A DNA stretch of 57,888 nt, taken from contig CAZZIO010000015.1 in assembly GCA_964654465.1 (NCBI GenBank), positions 1 through 57,888 of the forward strand, written 5' to 3'. Below the pieces are notes generated by a model that saw only the letters and a program-made list of their open reading frames with translations, was not told where the DNA came from and did no database searches. Of this stretch, positions 41,903 to 52,154 are shown piece after piece. Position 1 is the first letter of the stretch; every line of letters starts with the position of its first letter. Made by a program: the position numbers and the translations under genes. This stretch comes from an uncultured Dictyoglomota bacterium (GTDB lineage: Bacteria; Dictyoglomota; Dictyoglomia; Dictyoglomales; Dictyoglomaceae).

Positions 41903-42850
41903 TCAATAATACAGGTTACTCATAAATTTTTCAACCTCGTCTAAATTAGGGGGGTTAGCACCACGCCTTGTACAAGTTAAAGCAGCTACACTGTTAGCAA
42001 AAATAAGAATATTTTTTAACTCTTCTAAAGAAAGATTGGATATTTCTTTTTTAACTGTTTTGCCAAGCTTATATAAATAATATAAAAAGCCCCCCATAAA
42101 AGAGTCTCCAGCTCCCACAGTATCTATAACCTTTACCTTCATACCTGGCACTTTAACATAATTAGATTTTTGATAAGCAACAGATCCATCCTTTCCTAAA
42201 GTAACCACAAAAATTTTAACTCCCAAATTAATAAATTTCTCAGCAATTTTGTCTAAATCCTCTTCTCCATATAACCACTTCAAATCTGCCAAACTTACTT
42301 TTAATATATCCACCCTACTTACCCAATTTTCAAATCTTGATAAATACTGTTCCTTATTCACAATTAGATTTGGTCTTACGTTTGGATCAAAGGAAATTAT
42401 ACAATTTTTGTAATTTTCAAAAATCATTTTTTCAAAGACATAACAACCAGGTTCTCTAATCATTGATATAGATCCAAAATGAAGGATTTTCACTTTTTGT
42501 GAATCAATAAAAGGAATCTCTTCTTCTTTAAGCATAGTATCAGCAGTATTATCCCCATAAAATATAAAATAAGGTTCACTGTCCTTTAATATTACAAAAG
42601 CTAAAGTAGTAAGGTATTTATCTCTTAACACAAAAGATGTATCCACATTATTTTTTATAAGATTAGAATAAAGAATCTCCCCAAAAGGATCATAAGAAAT
42701 TTTACCAAAGAAATATACACGTGCTCTAAGCTTTCCAAGGGTAATAGCAACATTATATGGAGATCCTCCAGGATTAGGTACATACGCATATCCATCTCCT
42801 AAAGATATAGGCGTAAAATCTATTAAGGATTCTCCAGATACTAATATCAT
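41903..42850 (-). CDS. PfkB family carbohydrate kinase, fructokinase-like (start ATG 42850 or GTG 42868)
   Basis: GESLIDF, PGGSPYNVA, FDPNVR, DTVGAGDSF. Confidence 0.88.
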   Translation of the reverse strand: MILVSGESLIDFTPISLGDGYAYVPNPGGSPYNVAITLGKLRARVYFFGKISYDPFGEILYSNLIKNNVDTSFVLRDKYLTTLAFVILKDSEPYFIFYGDNTADTMLKEEEIPFIDSQKVKILHFGSISMIREPGCYVFEKMIFENYKNCIISFDPNVRPNLIVNKEQYLSRFENWVSRVDILKVSLADLKWLYGEEDLDKIAEKFINLGVKIFVVTLGKDGSVAYQKSNYVKVPGMKVKVIDTVGAGDSFMGGFLYYLYKLGKTVKKEISNLSLEELKNILIFANSVAALTCTRRGANPPNLDEVEKFMSNLYY

Positions 42851-42878
42851 ATTTTCTTTAACCTCCACATAAAAAATA

Positions 42879-42907
42879 TTGTATTTAATTATAACCTATG
42901 ATAGAAT
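42879..42907 (+). promoter_or_regulatory. Promoter for the GH13 amylase, overlapping a divergent -10 for the kinase
   Basis: TTGTAT, 17 nt, TAGAAT with TG extension on +; TATAAT on minus at 42893-42888. Confidence 0.55.
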
Positions 42908-42944
42908 AAAACTAACACGAGTTAATATAAAGAGGTAAGGAGAA

Positions 42945-44648
42945 ATGTATATAGATGATAAAATTTTTGGAGATTTAGAAAAAAAAGAATTTTTATCAAA
43001 TAGAAAAATAGAAGAGCTTGAAAAGTTTCCTTACATAGAAATAATTCCTGAAGATCCAACTCCTAAGGATGAAATTAAAGTTATATTTACTTGTACTCCA
43101 TCTCAGAATTATAAGACTATTTATTATAAAATAAAATCCCAAACATCAGAAATACAAGAAGTTTCAATTGAAATTAAAGATGTGATTTGGGATAATGATT
43201 TTTTTAGTTTTTTACAAATCTTAGAAGCCCAAATTCCTCCTTTGAACAAAGAAGGTATAATTGAAATAACATTAAATCCGGAAGATGATTATGAAAAAGA
43301 TTATTTTTCCTTTTCCATTGATGAATTTGAACCACCAAAGTGGTCCCAAGAAAGCATAATATATCACATCTTTGTTGATCGATTTGCAAAAGATAATTTT
43401 GAAGTGAGTTTATCTAATAATCTAAAAGAGAAACTTGGAGGTAATATCAAAGGAGTTATCAATCACCTTGATTATATAGAATCCTTAGGTATAAACACAA
43501 TTTGGCTTTCTCCTATATTTAAATCAACTTCTTATCATGGATATGATATAGAGGATTATTTTGAAATTGATCCCGCATGGGGTAATAAAGATGATCTCAA
43601 AAAATTAGTTAATGATGCATTTGAAAGAGGAATTAGAATAATTCTGGACTTTGTACCAAATCATTTATCCTATTTAAATCCTATATTTCAAGATGCATTG
43701 AATAATAAAGATAGTAAATACAGAAATTGGTTCATTTTTAAGGACGATAATTCTTATGAATCATTCTTTGGAGTAAAATCCATGCCACAGATAAATCTAA
43801 AAAATAGAGAGGCAAGAAAATATATTATAGATGCAGCTAAATATTGGATTAAAAATTTCGGAATATCTGGATATCGATTGGATTATGCAATTGGACCAGA
43901 TATCAATTTTTGGACTGAATACTATTATTCCATAAAAAGAGATTTTCCTGAAACTTTTCATTTTGGGGAGATAGTAGATACTCCCGAATATGTAAGAAGG
44001 TTTATAGGGAAAATGGATGGAGTACTTGATTTTTACCTTTTTAAATTAATAAGAGAGTCTTTTATAGGTAAAAAATGGAAATTAAAAGAATTTTTGAAAA
44101 TTATAGATTTAAGATATAAATTTTACAAGAATCATATAAGGCTAATTTCGTTTTTAGAAAATCACGATTCTAATAGATTCCTTTTTGTAGCTAATGACAA
44201 AAGATTATTAAAAATAGCTTCCATATTTCAATTTTCACTTAATGATATACCCATAATATATAATGGACAAGAGATGGGTGCTAATCAATATAGAAACATG
44301 TTAGAAGGAAACAGGGCTCTTCATGAGTATGTACGACTACCTATACCCTGGGATGAAACCAAACAAGATTTAGAACTTATTGAGTTTTATAAAAAACTAT
44401 CAAGAATCAGAAAAAATTATCCAGCCCTATATAAAGGAGATTTTACTTTAGGCCCTATAAAGGATATTATTAGCTTTTACAAGATTTATGATGATCAAAA
44501 AATACTGGTAATAATAAATAATACAAAAGATGAAAAAAATATATATCTTAATGGTGTTTTCAAAAATTTATTTAATAACAAGATTTATAAGAATGATTTG
44601 ATAATTCATCCTTTTGAGGGTTATATACTTCTTGAGCTAAATCACTAA
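42945..44648 (+). CDS. amyB: Cytoplasmic GH13 alpha-amylase (Dictyoglomus AmyB-like)
   Basis: GH13 regions DFVPNH, GYRLD, GEIV, FLENHD; no signal peptide; resembles recalled D. thermophilum AmyB. Confidence 0.85.
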   Translation: MYIDDKIFGDLEKKEFLSNRKIEELEKFPYIEIIPEDPTPKDEIKVIFTCTPSQNYKTIYYKIKSQTSEIQEVSIEIKDVIWDNDFFSFLQILEAQIPPLNKEGIIEITLNPEDDYEKDYFSFSIDEFEPPKWSQESIIYHIFVDRFAKDNFEVSLSNNLKEKLGGNIKGVINHLDYIESLGINTIWLSPIFKSTSYHGYDIEDYFEIDPAWGNKDDLKKLVNDAFERGIRIILDFVPNHLSYLNPIFQDALNNKDSKYRNWFIFKDDNSYESFFGVKSMPQINLKNREARKYIIDAAKYWIKNFGISGYRLDYAIGPDINFWTEYYYSIKRDFPETFHFGEIVDTPEYVRRFIGKMDGVLDFYLFKLIRESFIGKKWKLKEFLKIIDLRYKFYKNHIRLISFLENHDSNRFLFVANDKRLLKIASIFQFSLNDIPIIYNGQEMGANQYRNMLEGNRALHEYVRLPIPWDETKQDLELIEFYKKLSRIRKNYPALYKGDFTLGPIKDIISFYKIYDDQKILVIINNTKDEKNIYLNGVFKNLFNNKIYKNDLIIHPFEGYILLELNH

Positions 44649-45750
44649 TTTTCTCTAATTTTACATTGTTAAAAAATCCTTCCTGATAAAGCTCTTTTAA
44701 CACCTTTATGGTCTTTGGTCTTAAATGAAATATGAATATACCCCAACCTTTCCTCTCAGCTATCTTAATAGCTTGAGAAAACCTGTATTTTATTCTATCT
44801 TCTTGATTCTCATGATCTATAAATAACATATTTTCTAAAACAGGAACTCCCACTTTATTACCGATTTTTTTCCCTACTGAATTTAAAATAGTTTTACTAT
44901 CCAAAAAGCTTAGGCCATATTTTTTGAAAACCTTTAACACTTTCTCCATAGTTTCATCGTCTTTTGTAACTTTCGATCCCATATGATTATTAACCCAACA
45001 TATTTTAGCATCTCCAAATCTCTTTAGATGAAGGTTCACAATTTTATCTATTTCCTCTTCACTCATACCACTCATTATTGCTTCTGAAGTTAAATATTTT
45101 GCATCTTTCGGATAAGTAATTGATTCCATAGGAATATGCATCATTACTTCCCAACCCTTTTTGACAAACTTATATGCTAAGTCCTTTGTATGTGATGTAG
45201 GAATTATAGAAACATTCAATGTATAAGGAAAAGATAATAATTCTTCAACCCAATAATTATCTTCCACTAAATCATCTACCACGAAGGCTATTTTGGGCTG
45301 AGATGACTTATGAGATATGTAAATTGGAAAATATAAAAATATATTATCAAGCTCAATTGAATCACCATTAGGAAGATCTATATCTGAACTTAAAATATAC
45401 TTTTCATATTTAGAAGATATGGTTCTCCTAATGTCATAATTTTTAATTATTTCTTTTCTAATCTGAGTATTATAGACAGTTGATCTAAAATAAACAGAAT
45501 ATAACTTCCAATTTATAATATAATCTCCAGTTTCTCTTCTTTTTCCCTCTATTATGTATCTTTCTATAAAAGGCTTATATTCAGATAAAATTTTATTTAT
45601 TTCATCTGATTCAACATTTATTTCAATCCTATTTTTCACAAATTTTTTATCATCTTTTAAAACTTCCTCTTTTCTGTTTTCCTTACATCCATAAAAAACC
45701 AATAGAAAAAATAAAAATAAAATTCCTATCTTCCATATCTTTCTTTCCAT
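44572..45750 (-). CDS. Divergent polysaccharide deacetylase family lipoprotein
   Basis: Lipobox-like VFYGC; IAFVVDD, MHIPME, NNHMGS, FLDSKT, FID. Confidence 0.85.
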   Translation of the reverse strand: MERKIWKIGILFLFFLLVFYGCKENRKEEVLKDDKKFVKNRIEINVESDEINKILSEYKPFIERYIIEGKRRETGDYIINWKLYSVYFRSTVYNTQIRKEIIKNYDIRRTISSKYEKYILSSDIDLPNGDSIELDNIFLYFPIYISHKSSQPKIAFVVDDLVEDNYWVEELLSFPYTLNVSIIPTSHTKDLAYKFVKKGWEVMMHIPMESITYPKDAKYLTSEAIMSGMSEEEIDKIVNLHLKRFGDAKICWVNNHMGSKVTKDDETMEKVLKVFKKYGLSFLDSKTILNSVGKKIGNKVGVPVLENMLFIDHENQEDRIKYRFSQAIKIAERKGWGIFIFHLRPKTIKVLKELYQEGFFNNVKLEKISDLAQEVYNPQKDELSNHSYKSCY

Positions 45751-47021
45751 AATTTTTTAATCCTTTCTTTTATTATTTTCTCCTTTCCTTGCTCAGTTGG
45801 ATTATAAAAAACCTCATTCACATCATATGGTAAATATCTTTGAATTACAAAATGTTCCGGAAAATCATGAGGGTACAAATAATCAGGAGAACTTCCCCAT
45901 AAATGCTTTGGAATCTCTGACACTCCTTTCTCCTGTATGTAATTCATGGCTTTTTCTATGGAAGATATCACACTATTACTCTTTGGAGCGGTCGCAAGGT
46001 ATATGGTAGCTTCAGCTAAAGGAATTCTTGCCTCTGGCATACCTACCACATCCACAGCATAATATGCAGACTGAGCAATCAATAAGGCTAAAGGATCTGC
46101 CATTCCTATATCTTCAGCAGCATGGATTATAAGTCTTCGAGCAATAAATCGCGGATCTTCTCCTGCAAGAAGCATCTTAGCCAGATAATATAAAGCAGCA
46201 TCGGGATCAGAACCTCTTATGCTTTTAATAAATGCTGATATAGTGTGATAATGCTCGTCCCCTTTTTGATCATATCTTATCACCCTTTTCCCTATTACCT
46301 CTCTTACCACAGATGCATCAATAAGGACTTTTCCATCTTCATCAGCTTTTGCAACAAAGGAAGCAATTTCTAAGGTATTAAGAGCAATCCTTGCATCACC
46401 ATTGGCAAACCTAACTATTTCATCAACAGCATCTTGAGAAATTACAATGTTTTTTCCTCCTAAACCTCTTTCTCTATCTTTTATTGCTCTGTCAATTAAT
46501 ATCCTTAGTTTATCATCCGTTAAGGGCTTCAGTTCTATAATCCTACAACGAGAAAGAAGGGTTGTATTTAAAGCAAAAAGAGGGTTTTCAGTAGTAGCAC
46601 CTATAAGAATTATTATACCTTTTTCTACAAAGGGTAGTAGCACATCTTGTTGTAATTTATTGAAATGATGTATTTCATCAAGAAATAAAACAGTTTTCTT
46701 TTTATAAAGTTCAATATTTCTTTGAGCTTTTTGAAGGGCTTCTTTAAGATCTTGTACTCCAATTATAGCAGCATTTAATTCTATAAAATCAGCATTTATC
46801 TCCTTAGCTAACAGAATAGAAAGGGTAGTCTTTCCAGATCCTGGGGGGCCAAAGATAATAAGGGAAGGTAAATAACCTTTTTGAACTGTCCTTCTTAAAA
46901 AAGATCCTTCACCTATAATCTCCTCTGCACCAAGAAATTCATCAAAACTTCTTGGCCTCATTCTGTATGAAAGAGGTTGAAAACTATTATCCTCTTTAAA
47001 TAGCTTTTCTTGCCTATCCAT
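45726..47021 (-). CDS. rarA: Replication-associated recombination protein A (MgsA)
   Basis: PLSYRMRP, GPPGSGKT, DEIH, ATTENP, SAFIKSIRGSDPD, EDIGMADP. Confidence 0.95.
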   Translation of the reverse strand: MDRQEKLFKEDNSFQPLSYRMRPRSFDEFLGAEEIIGEGSFLRRTVQKGYLPSLIIFGPPGSGKTTLSILLAKEINADFIELNAAIIGVQDLKEALQKAQRNIELYKKKTVLFLDEIHHFNKLQQDVLLPFVEKGIIILIGATTENPLFALNTTLLSRCRIIELKPLTDDKLRILIDRAIKDRERGLGGKNIVISQDAVDEIVRFANGDARIALNTLEIASFVAKADEDGKVLIDASVVREVIGKRVIRYDQKGDEHYHTISAFIKSIRGSDPDAALYYLAKMLLAGEDPRFIARRLIIHAAEDIGMADPLALLIAQSAYYAVDVVGMPEARIPLAEATIYLATAPKSNSVISSIEKAMNYIQEKGVSEIPKHLWGSSPDYLYPHDFPEHFVIQRYLPYDVNEVFYNPTEQGKEKIIKERIKKLWKERYGR

Positions 47022-47787
47022 CTAAGAAGTGCCTAAAAACCACCTGAAAATTTTTTATTATATCTCCCTTACTTTGCATTATATAAATCCCATTATCAAA
47101 AGCGTATACACCATCTTTTAAAGAGAAGACATTTATTTTTTTACTTTTCATAAATCTTCTTTCTAATAGAGAACATATATTTTCAATTATATTTCTTTCT
47201 ATTTTTAATGTTGTATCAATAAAAAATATTGTAATCTTTGGTTTTAATACTTCTCTTCTTCTTAAAAATTCCCAAATTTCTCTTAGTCTTATATTATTAG
47301 GAGGACTTGTTTTACACTCCACATACAATAAGTTATTCTCTAATATGGAGAGGATATCAAAGTCTCCTCCACCTTTAATCTCCTTTATTTTTATTCCCCA
47401 AATCGTGGGCATATAAAATTCTCTTTTAAATATCTCTGATATGAACCACTCTAAAGTTTCTCCAAAATTATCCAAATAAAAGTAAGAAAACAAATACTGA
47501 TCTTCTTTTAAACTTTCTATAATATGAGCTTTCAATAAAAAATTCCATTGTTCTTCTACTTCATCCTTTTTCCAGCGAGAAAAAAGAGTTTCACAATCAA
47601 TATAATCATCTTTTCTAAATAGTAAAAGATCACCTAAAAAGCGTCTAAATCTATAATTAAAAAGTCTTTGATAATATTCGTCTAAAAACTCCCCTCCTTT
47701 AGGTACTATCACCCTCTCAATAGGACATTCTTCTATTATCTCATATCCTCTACGCCAAAGTGCTCTTCTTACCTCTTCAGAATTCAT
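47014..47787 (-). CDS. Hypothetical protein with a PD-(D/E)XK nuclease-like C-terminal domain
   Basis: E..E(GETLEWF)...DFDIL...YVECKT motif arrangement. Confidence 0.6.
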   Translation of the reverse strand: MNSEEVRRALWRRGYEIIEECPIERVIVPKGGEFLDEYYQRLFNYRFRRFLGDLLLFRKDDYIDCETLFSRWKKDEVEEQWNFLLKAHIIESLKEDQYLFSYFYLDNFGETLEWFISEIFKREFYMPTIWGIKIKEIKGGGDFDILSILENNLLYVECKTSPPNNIRLREIWEFLRRREVLKPKITIFFIDTTLKIERNIIENICSLLERRFMKSKKINVFSLKDGVYAFDNGIYIMQSKGDIIKNFQVVFRHFLDG

Positions 47788-47791
47788 TAAA

Positions 47792-48688
47792 TCAATCTTT
47801 ATCTTCCTCTAACATCTTTAGAATTTTTTCCAGTACTTTATCTTTGTCATTATCCCTTTCCTCTTTTGTATAAACCCTAATCACTTCATCTAAAGATACT
47901 AATTCTCTTCTTTCTTCGTCATATTCTACAATAAGCTTACTTAATGGTACATGATGATCTACTACTACTCCCTTCCCCTGCTTAGTTTCTACAATACTAC
48001 CTTTGGGAGGCATCTCTTCCTTAATTTTTTGATATGTTTCATATTCATAAGCTAAACAGCACATGAGTCTTCCGCATATTCCAGATATTTTTAATGGATT
48101 TAAAGCCAAAGATTGCTCCTTTGCCATCTTAACAGAAATAGATTCAAATTCTTGCAAAAAAAGATGACAACACACTTCTCTACCACATATTCCTAAGCCT
48201 CCCATATATTTTACTTCATCTCTTACTCCTACCTGATGTAATTCAATTCTTGTTTTATATTGTGAAGCAAGATCTTTTACTAATTCTCTAAAATCTACTC
48301 TATCTTCAGAAGCAAAATGTATCGTTATCTTGCTATAATCAAAAGTTATTTCACAAGCAAGCATTTTCATAGGAAGAGACATTTCATTTGCCTTTTTTTG
48401 AGCATACTCTAAAATTTGTTTCTCCTTTTCCCTATATCCTCTTATCTTCTCTAAATCTTCTTCTGTTGCTCTTCTTAGTATAGGTTTTAAGGGAGATGGA
48501 GGTTGAAAACCATCTGGAGGCTCAAAGGGTGGAATTGCTACTCTACCTGCCTCTGTTCCTTGTACAGTTTTAACAATTACCCAATCTCCTACTTTTAAAT
48601 TCAAATCATTAGTAGAAAAATAATAAACCTTCAAACTTCTTAATCTAATACCTACCACATATTCTTTAGCCTTAATTTCTTCCATCAT
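47792..48688 (-). CDS. ricT: RicT/YaaT PSP1-domain protein
   Basis: RVDFRELVKDL, GICGREVCC, KMAKEQ, ISGICGRLMCCL; follows holB. Confidence 0.93.
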   Translation of the reverse strand: MMEEIKAKEYVVGIRLRSLKVYYFSTNDLNLKVGDWVIVKTVQGTEAGRVAIPPFEPPDGFQPPSPLKPILRRATEEDLEKIRGYREKEKQILEYAQKKANEMSLPMKMLACEITFDYSKITIHFASEDRVDFRELVKDLASQYKTRIELHQVGVRDEVKYMGGLGICGREVCCHLFLQEFESISVKMAKEQSLALNPLKISGICGRLMCCLAYEYETYQKIKEEMPPKGSIVETKQGKGVVVDHHVPLSKLIVEYDEERRELVSLDEVIRVYTKEERDNDKDKVLEKILKMLEEDKD

Positions 48689-49665
48689 CCTTTTATCCCT
48701 ACTCTCAAAAATAAGGTTTCTATTGTAAGAGTCAAATTTGCATTATTTCTAATATTCCTAATAGCATCCTGCGTCATTCTAAAGAAAATTTTCAAATCCT
48801 CTAAGGAATATTCTTGAGATTTTCTCGCAATCTCTATAGAAAAATCTTTCTGAGTTATAAAATCCTCTTTCTGTAATAGTTTCCAGAAAAACATATCTCT
48901 CCACCAAAAAAGAACTAATTCTAAATAATTAATTATCTTTTCATTATCCTTTTCTTCTACAAGAAAATCAACTACCTCAAATGGAGAATATAATTTTTCT
49001 TTCTTTAGTAAAGTTAAGTATTTAAAAAGTTCAATTCTTTTATTCCAATTTTCTTCTTCATTCCAATACAAAGCCTTTCCAACACTTCCTTGGGATAAAG
49101 ATATTAATATATCAATTCTATCTTCTGGAACTCTATCTTCTATAATTTTTCGGACTTCTTCCTCGTTAAGATATGAAAAATTAATAATCTGACTCCTTGA
49201 TATTATAGTAGGAAGAAGAAGCTCAGGACGATAAGCTATCAATATAAATATGGTATATTCCGGAGGCTCCTCAAGTATCTTCAAAAGGGCATTTGCCCCT
49301 TCATTTCTCAATTGATGAGCATCGTCTAAAATAAAAAACTTATAATTACTTACATAAGGCTTTAAATAAGCTTCCCTTCTCAAATCTTTAATCTGCTGTA
49401 TCTTATACCACATTCCATCAGGTTGAAGATAAAATAGATCAGGATGACTCAATTTCTTTATACTTAGACAAGTCTCACACTCCCCACATCCCTCAAAAGG
49501 TTCTACTTTACAATTTAAAGCCTGAACCAAAGAAATAGCTGTTAACTTTTTACCTACCCCTTCAGGACCCACAAAAAGATAGGTTTGGGATACTTTGTTC
49601 TCCTTAAGGGATTTCCTGAGTATTTTTATAGCTAAATCCTGACCTATAATCTCTTTAAATGCCAT
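48685..49665 (-). CDS. holB: DNA polymerase III delta prime subunit
   Basis: GPEGVGK, C..CGECETC, HPD, ANALLKILEEPP, LPTIISR. Confidence 0.94.
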   Translation of the reverse strand: MAFKEIIGQDLAIKILRKSLKENKVSQTYLFVGPEGVGKKLTAISLVQALNCKVEPFEGCGECETCLSIKKLSHPDLFYLQPDGMWYKIQQIKDLRREAYLKPYVSNYKFFILDDAHQLRNEGANALLKILEEPPEYTIFILIAYRPELLLPTIISRSQIINFSYLNEEEVRKIIEDRVPEDRIDILISLSQGSVGKALYWNEEENWNKRIELFKYLTLLKKEKLYSPFEVVDFLVEEKDNEKIINYLELVLFWWRDMFFWKLLQKEDFITQKDFSIEIARKSQEYSLEDLKIFFRMTQDAIRNIRNNANLTLTIETLFLRVGIKG

Positions 49666-49667
49666 CT

Positions 49668-49994
49668 CTAAATCTTCTCAAAATAAGCCACATCTACAGC
49701 AAACACAATGGCTCCGCCAACTTTTACCTTAACAGGCATTGGTACCATCCTTAAAAGTTCTACAGAAGGAAGAGGAGGAATAATTATTTTTTCTCTTTCC
49801 TTACAATTTTCTTTTAAAACTGTAATAAAATCCTCAAATTCATCATCTTCTACAACAGTCATTATAGTAACACTACTTTCTTCTAAAAATCCTCCTTTAC
49901 TTCTGAAGAAGGTCAAGGAAAAGTTCTTCTCTAAGAGAATCTCTCTAACTTTTTTCCAGTCCTCTTCCTGAATAATAGCAAAAACTAATTTCAT
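49668..49994 (-). CDS. darA: PII-like cyclic-di-AMP receptor (DarA/PstA, YaaQ)
   Basis: MKLVFAIIQ, GGFL, VKVGGAIVF; tmk-darA-holB synteny. Confidence 0.85.
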   Translation of the reverse strand: MKLVFAIIQEEDWKKVREILLEKNFSLTFFRSKGGFLEESSVTIMTVVEDDEFEDFITVLKENCKEREKIIIPPLPSVELLRMVPMPVKVKVGGAIVFAVDVAYFEKI

Positions 49995-50004
49995 TTATCC
50001 ACCT

Positions 50005-50613
50005 CTAAAGATATTTTCTTTCCAAATAAGCAATGATGTCTTTACTTACTTCTTCCTTTGGTCTATCTCCAGAAATTACTACAAATCTATCTTTTTCAAT
50101 TTCAGCTATTTCTAAATATCCTTTTCTTACTTTATTATAGAACTCTAAATTTTCCCTTTCTATTCTATCAAAATTCTTTTTTCTACTCAAAGACTTATAA
50201 GGATCTATATCAATAAGAAAGGTTATATGGGGTATCAAATTGGAAGTCGCAATCTTATTAAGATCAGATAATATATTTATTGGTAAACCTCTACCATATC
50301 CTTGGTAAGCTATAGTAGAATCCATATAACGTTCACATAGAACCCAAAACCCTTCTTGAAGCTTTTCCTTAATCTTTTCTGTATTTTCTACTCTTGATCC
50401 TATATAGAGAAAAGCTTCGGTCCATGGTCTTAATGCTAAATCTGGATCTAAAAGGATAGACCTTATTTTTTCTCCTACCTCTGTTCCTCCAGGTTCTCGA
50501 GTTACATAGACCTTTACACCTTTATCTTCCAAATAATTTTTAAGTATTGAAATCTGAGTACTTTTTCCAGATCCATCTAAACCTTCAAAAGTTATAAATA
50601 CAGATCTTTCCAT
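50005..50613 (-). CDS. tmk: Thymidylate kinase
   Basis: FITFEGLDGSGKSTQ, TREPGG, ERY.DS..AYQG. Confidence 0.96.
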   Translation of the reverse strand: MERSVFITFEGLDGSGKSTQISILKNYLEDKGVKVYVTREPGGTEVGEKIRSILLDPDLALRPWTEAFLYIGSRVENTEKIKEKLQEGFWVLCERYMDSTIAYQGYGRGLPINILSDLNKIATSNLIPHITFLIDIDPYKSLSRKKNFDRIERENLEFYNKVRKGYLEIAEIEKDRFVVISGDRPKEEVSKDIIAYLERKYL

Positions 50614-50623
50614 TTTTATAAAT

Positions 50624-52150
50624 CTATGCTGGGAATATTTTTACTTTTCTAAAGGGCTCCACCCCAACACTCTCAGAATGTAAACCATATTGTTGAATAA
50701 GTTGATGCTGTAATCTCCTTATATAGGCAGGTTGAGGAGACAATTCATAGGGTTCTTCATGGGTAAGAACATATTCAATTCCTTCTTGAGCTTCTCTTAA
50801 GGCCTCTTCTTCTTCGCTACTCTTTCCTCCTACAGTTTTAATACCAAATCTTTCTCCTAAAAACCTTTCAATTTGTGTCACAGTATTACTTCTTAATACT
50901 GCTATATCTATCTTTCTTTTTTCTGCCTCTTTAAGTAAATCCTTAGCCCTCTTTTGATGAGCTTTCAATATAAGTAAACAATTTGCTTCTGATAAATTTT
51001 TTACTATGAAAGCTGGTACACCAAGATTTCGAATGGCTTTTTCCAATCTATTTCTACTTATACCATAAGGATAAATTTTAAGGACATCTGTCTTTTTATC
51101 TATCTTAACGACTGACTCCTCAGTCTCTTGAGAAGAAATTTCCAGTACAGAAGCCTCAACCTTTTTTACTTCACCTTCTGCAGTCCTTACTCTTATCTCT
51201 GGTCTTATAATATAACCTCTTAATAATGCATCTACTGTTTTTGCTACATCATGATGAATAGCCAGCTTATCCCTTTCTTGTATCTCTACTACAACTTGAA
51301 AGGTTGGAGGAGCTTTTCTCTCTAATACCGTTTTTTGGGTACCTCTTCTTTTTGCCTCTTCATCACTTAAAGTTACAACTTGTATACCACCCACAAGATC
51401 CGATAATGTAGGGTTTAATAAAAGGTTTTGTAAGGTTATTCCATGAGCAGTACCAATAAGTTGTACCCCTCTTTCTGCAATAGTTCGAGCTGCTTTTGCT
51501 TCAAGCTCTGTACCAATCTCATCAATTACTATAACTTCTGGCATGTGATTTTCTACTGCCTCTATCATCACATCATGTTGTTTTGAGGGATTTGGCACTT
51601 GCATTCTCCTTGCTCTACCAATAGCAGGATGCGGAATATCACCGTCCCCACCAATTTCATTAGAAGTATCTATTATTATTACCCTTTTACCTAATTCATC
51701 AGCTAAAACCCTTGCGGTCTCTCTAAGAAGGGTGGTCTTACCAACTCCAGGTTTTCCTAATAGTAGAATATTTTTTCCACTTTCTATAACATCTCTTATT
51801 ATATCTACAGTACCTAAAACTGCCCTACCCACACGACAAGTTAAACCTATAATTCTTCCATGTCTATTTTCAATAGCTGAAATTCTGTGTAATGTTCTTT
51901 CTATGCCAGCCCTTTTATCACCACTAAACTCGCCAACTCTGGCAATAATATAATTTAAATCCTCCTCTGTAGTATATCTTCCTTCAAAAATAATAGTTTT
52001 TTTATAAAATCTCGCTTCTATTTCCCTACCAAGATCTAATACAACCTCTATAAGATCCTTAACATCAGAATCCTTTTCCAATTTTTCTTTAATATCCGCA
52101 GGAAATATAGATAAAAATTTATCTAAATCATCAACTATTTGCTGAACCAA
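50624..52150 (-). CDS. Ycf45/SpoIIIAA-like AAA ATPase with C-terminal R3H domain
   Basis: GLTCRVGRA, GKPGVGKTT, DTSNEIGGDGD, ENHMPEVIVIDEIG, RRLQH. Confidence 0.88.
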   Translation of the reverse strand: MVQQIVDDLDKFLSIFPADIKEKLEKDSDVKDLIEVVLDLGREIEARFYKKTIIFEGRYTTEEDLNYIIARVGEFSGDKRAGIERTLHRISAIENRHGRIIGLTCRVGRAVLGTVDIIRDVIESGKNILLLGKPGVGKTTLLRETARVLADELGKRVIIIDTSNEIGGDGDIPHPAIGRARRMQVPNPSKQHDVMIEAVENHMPEVIVIDEIGTELEAKAARTIAERGVQLIGTAHGITLQNLLLNPTLSDLVGGIQVVTLSDEEAKRRGTQKTVLERKAPPTFQVVVEIQERDKLAIHHDVAKTVDALLRGYIIRPEIRVRTAEGEVKKVEASVLEISSQETEESVVKIDKKTDVLKIYPYGISRNRLEKAIRNLGVPAFIVKNLSEANCLLILKAHQKRAKDLLKEAEKRKIDIAVLRSNTVTQIERFLGERFGIKTVGGKSSEEEEALREAQEGIEYVLTHEEPYELSPQPAYIRRLQHQLIQQYGLHSESVGVEPFRKVKIFPA

Positions 52151-52154
52151 AATT

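Noticed and set aside
37138-52150. spoVS, ricT and SpoIIIAA-like genes as evidence of sporulation
   Set aside because: These families are widespread in non-sporulating bacteria
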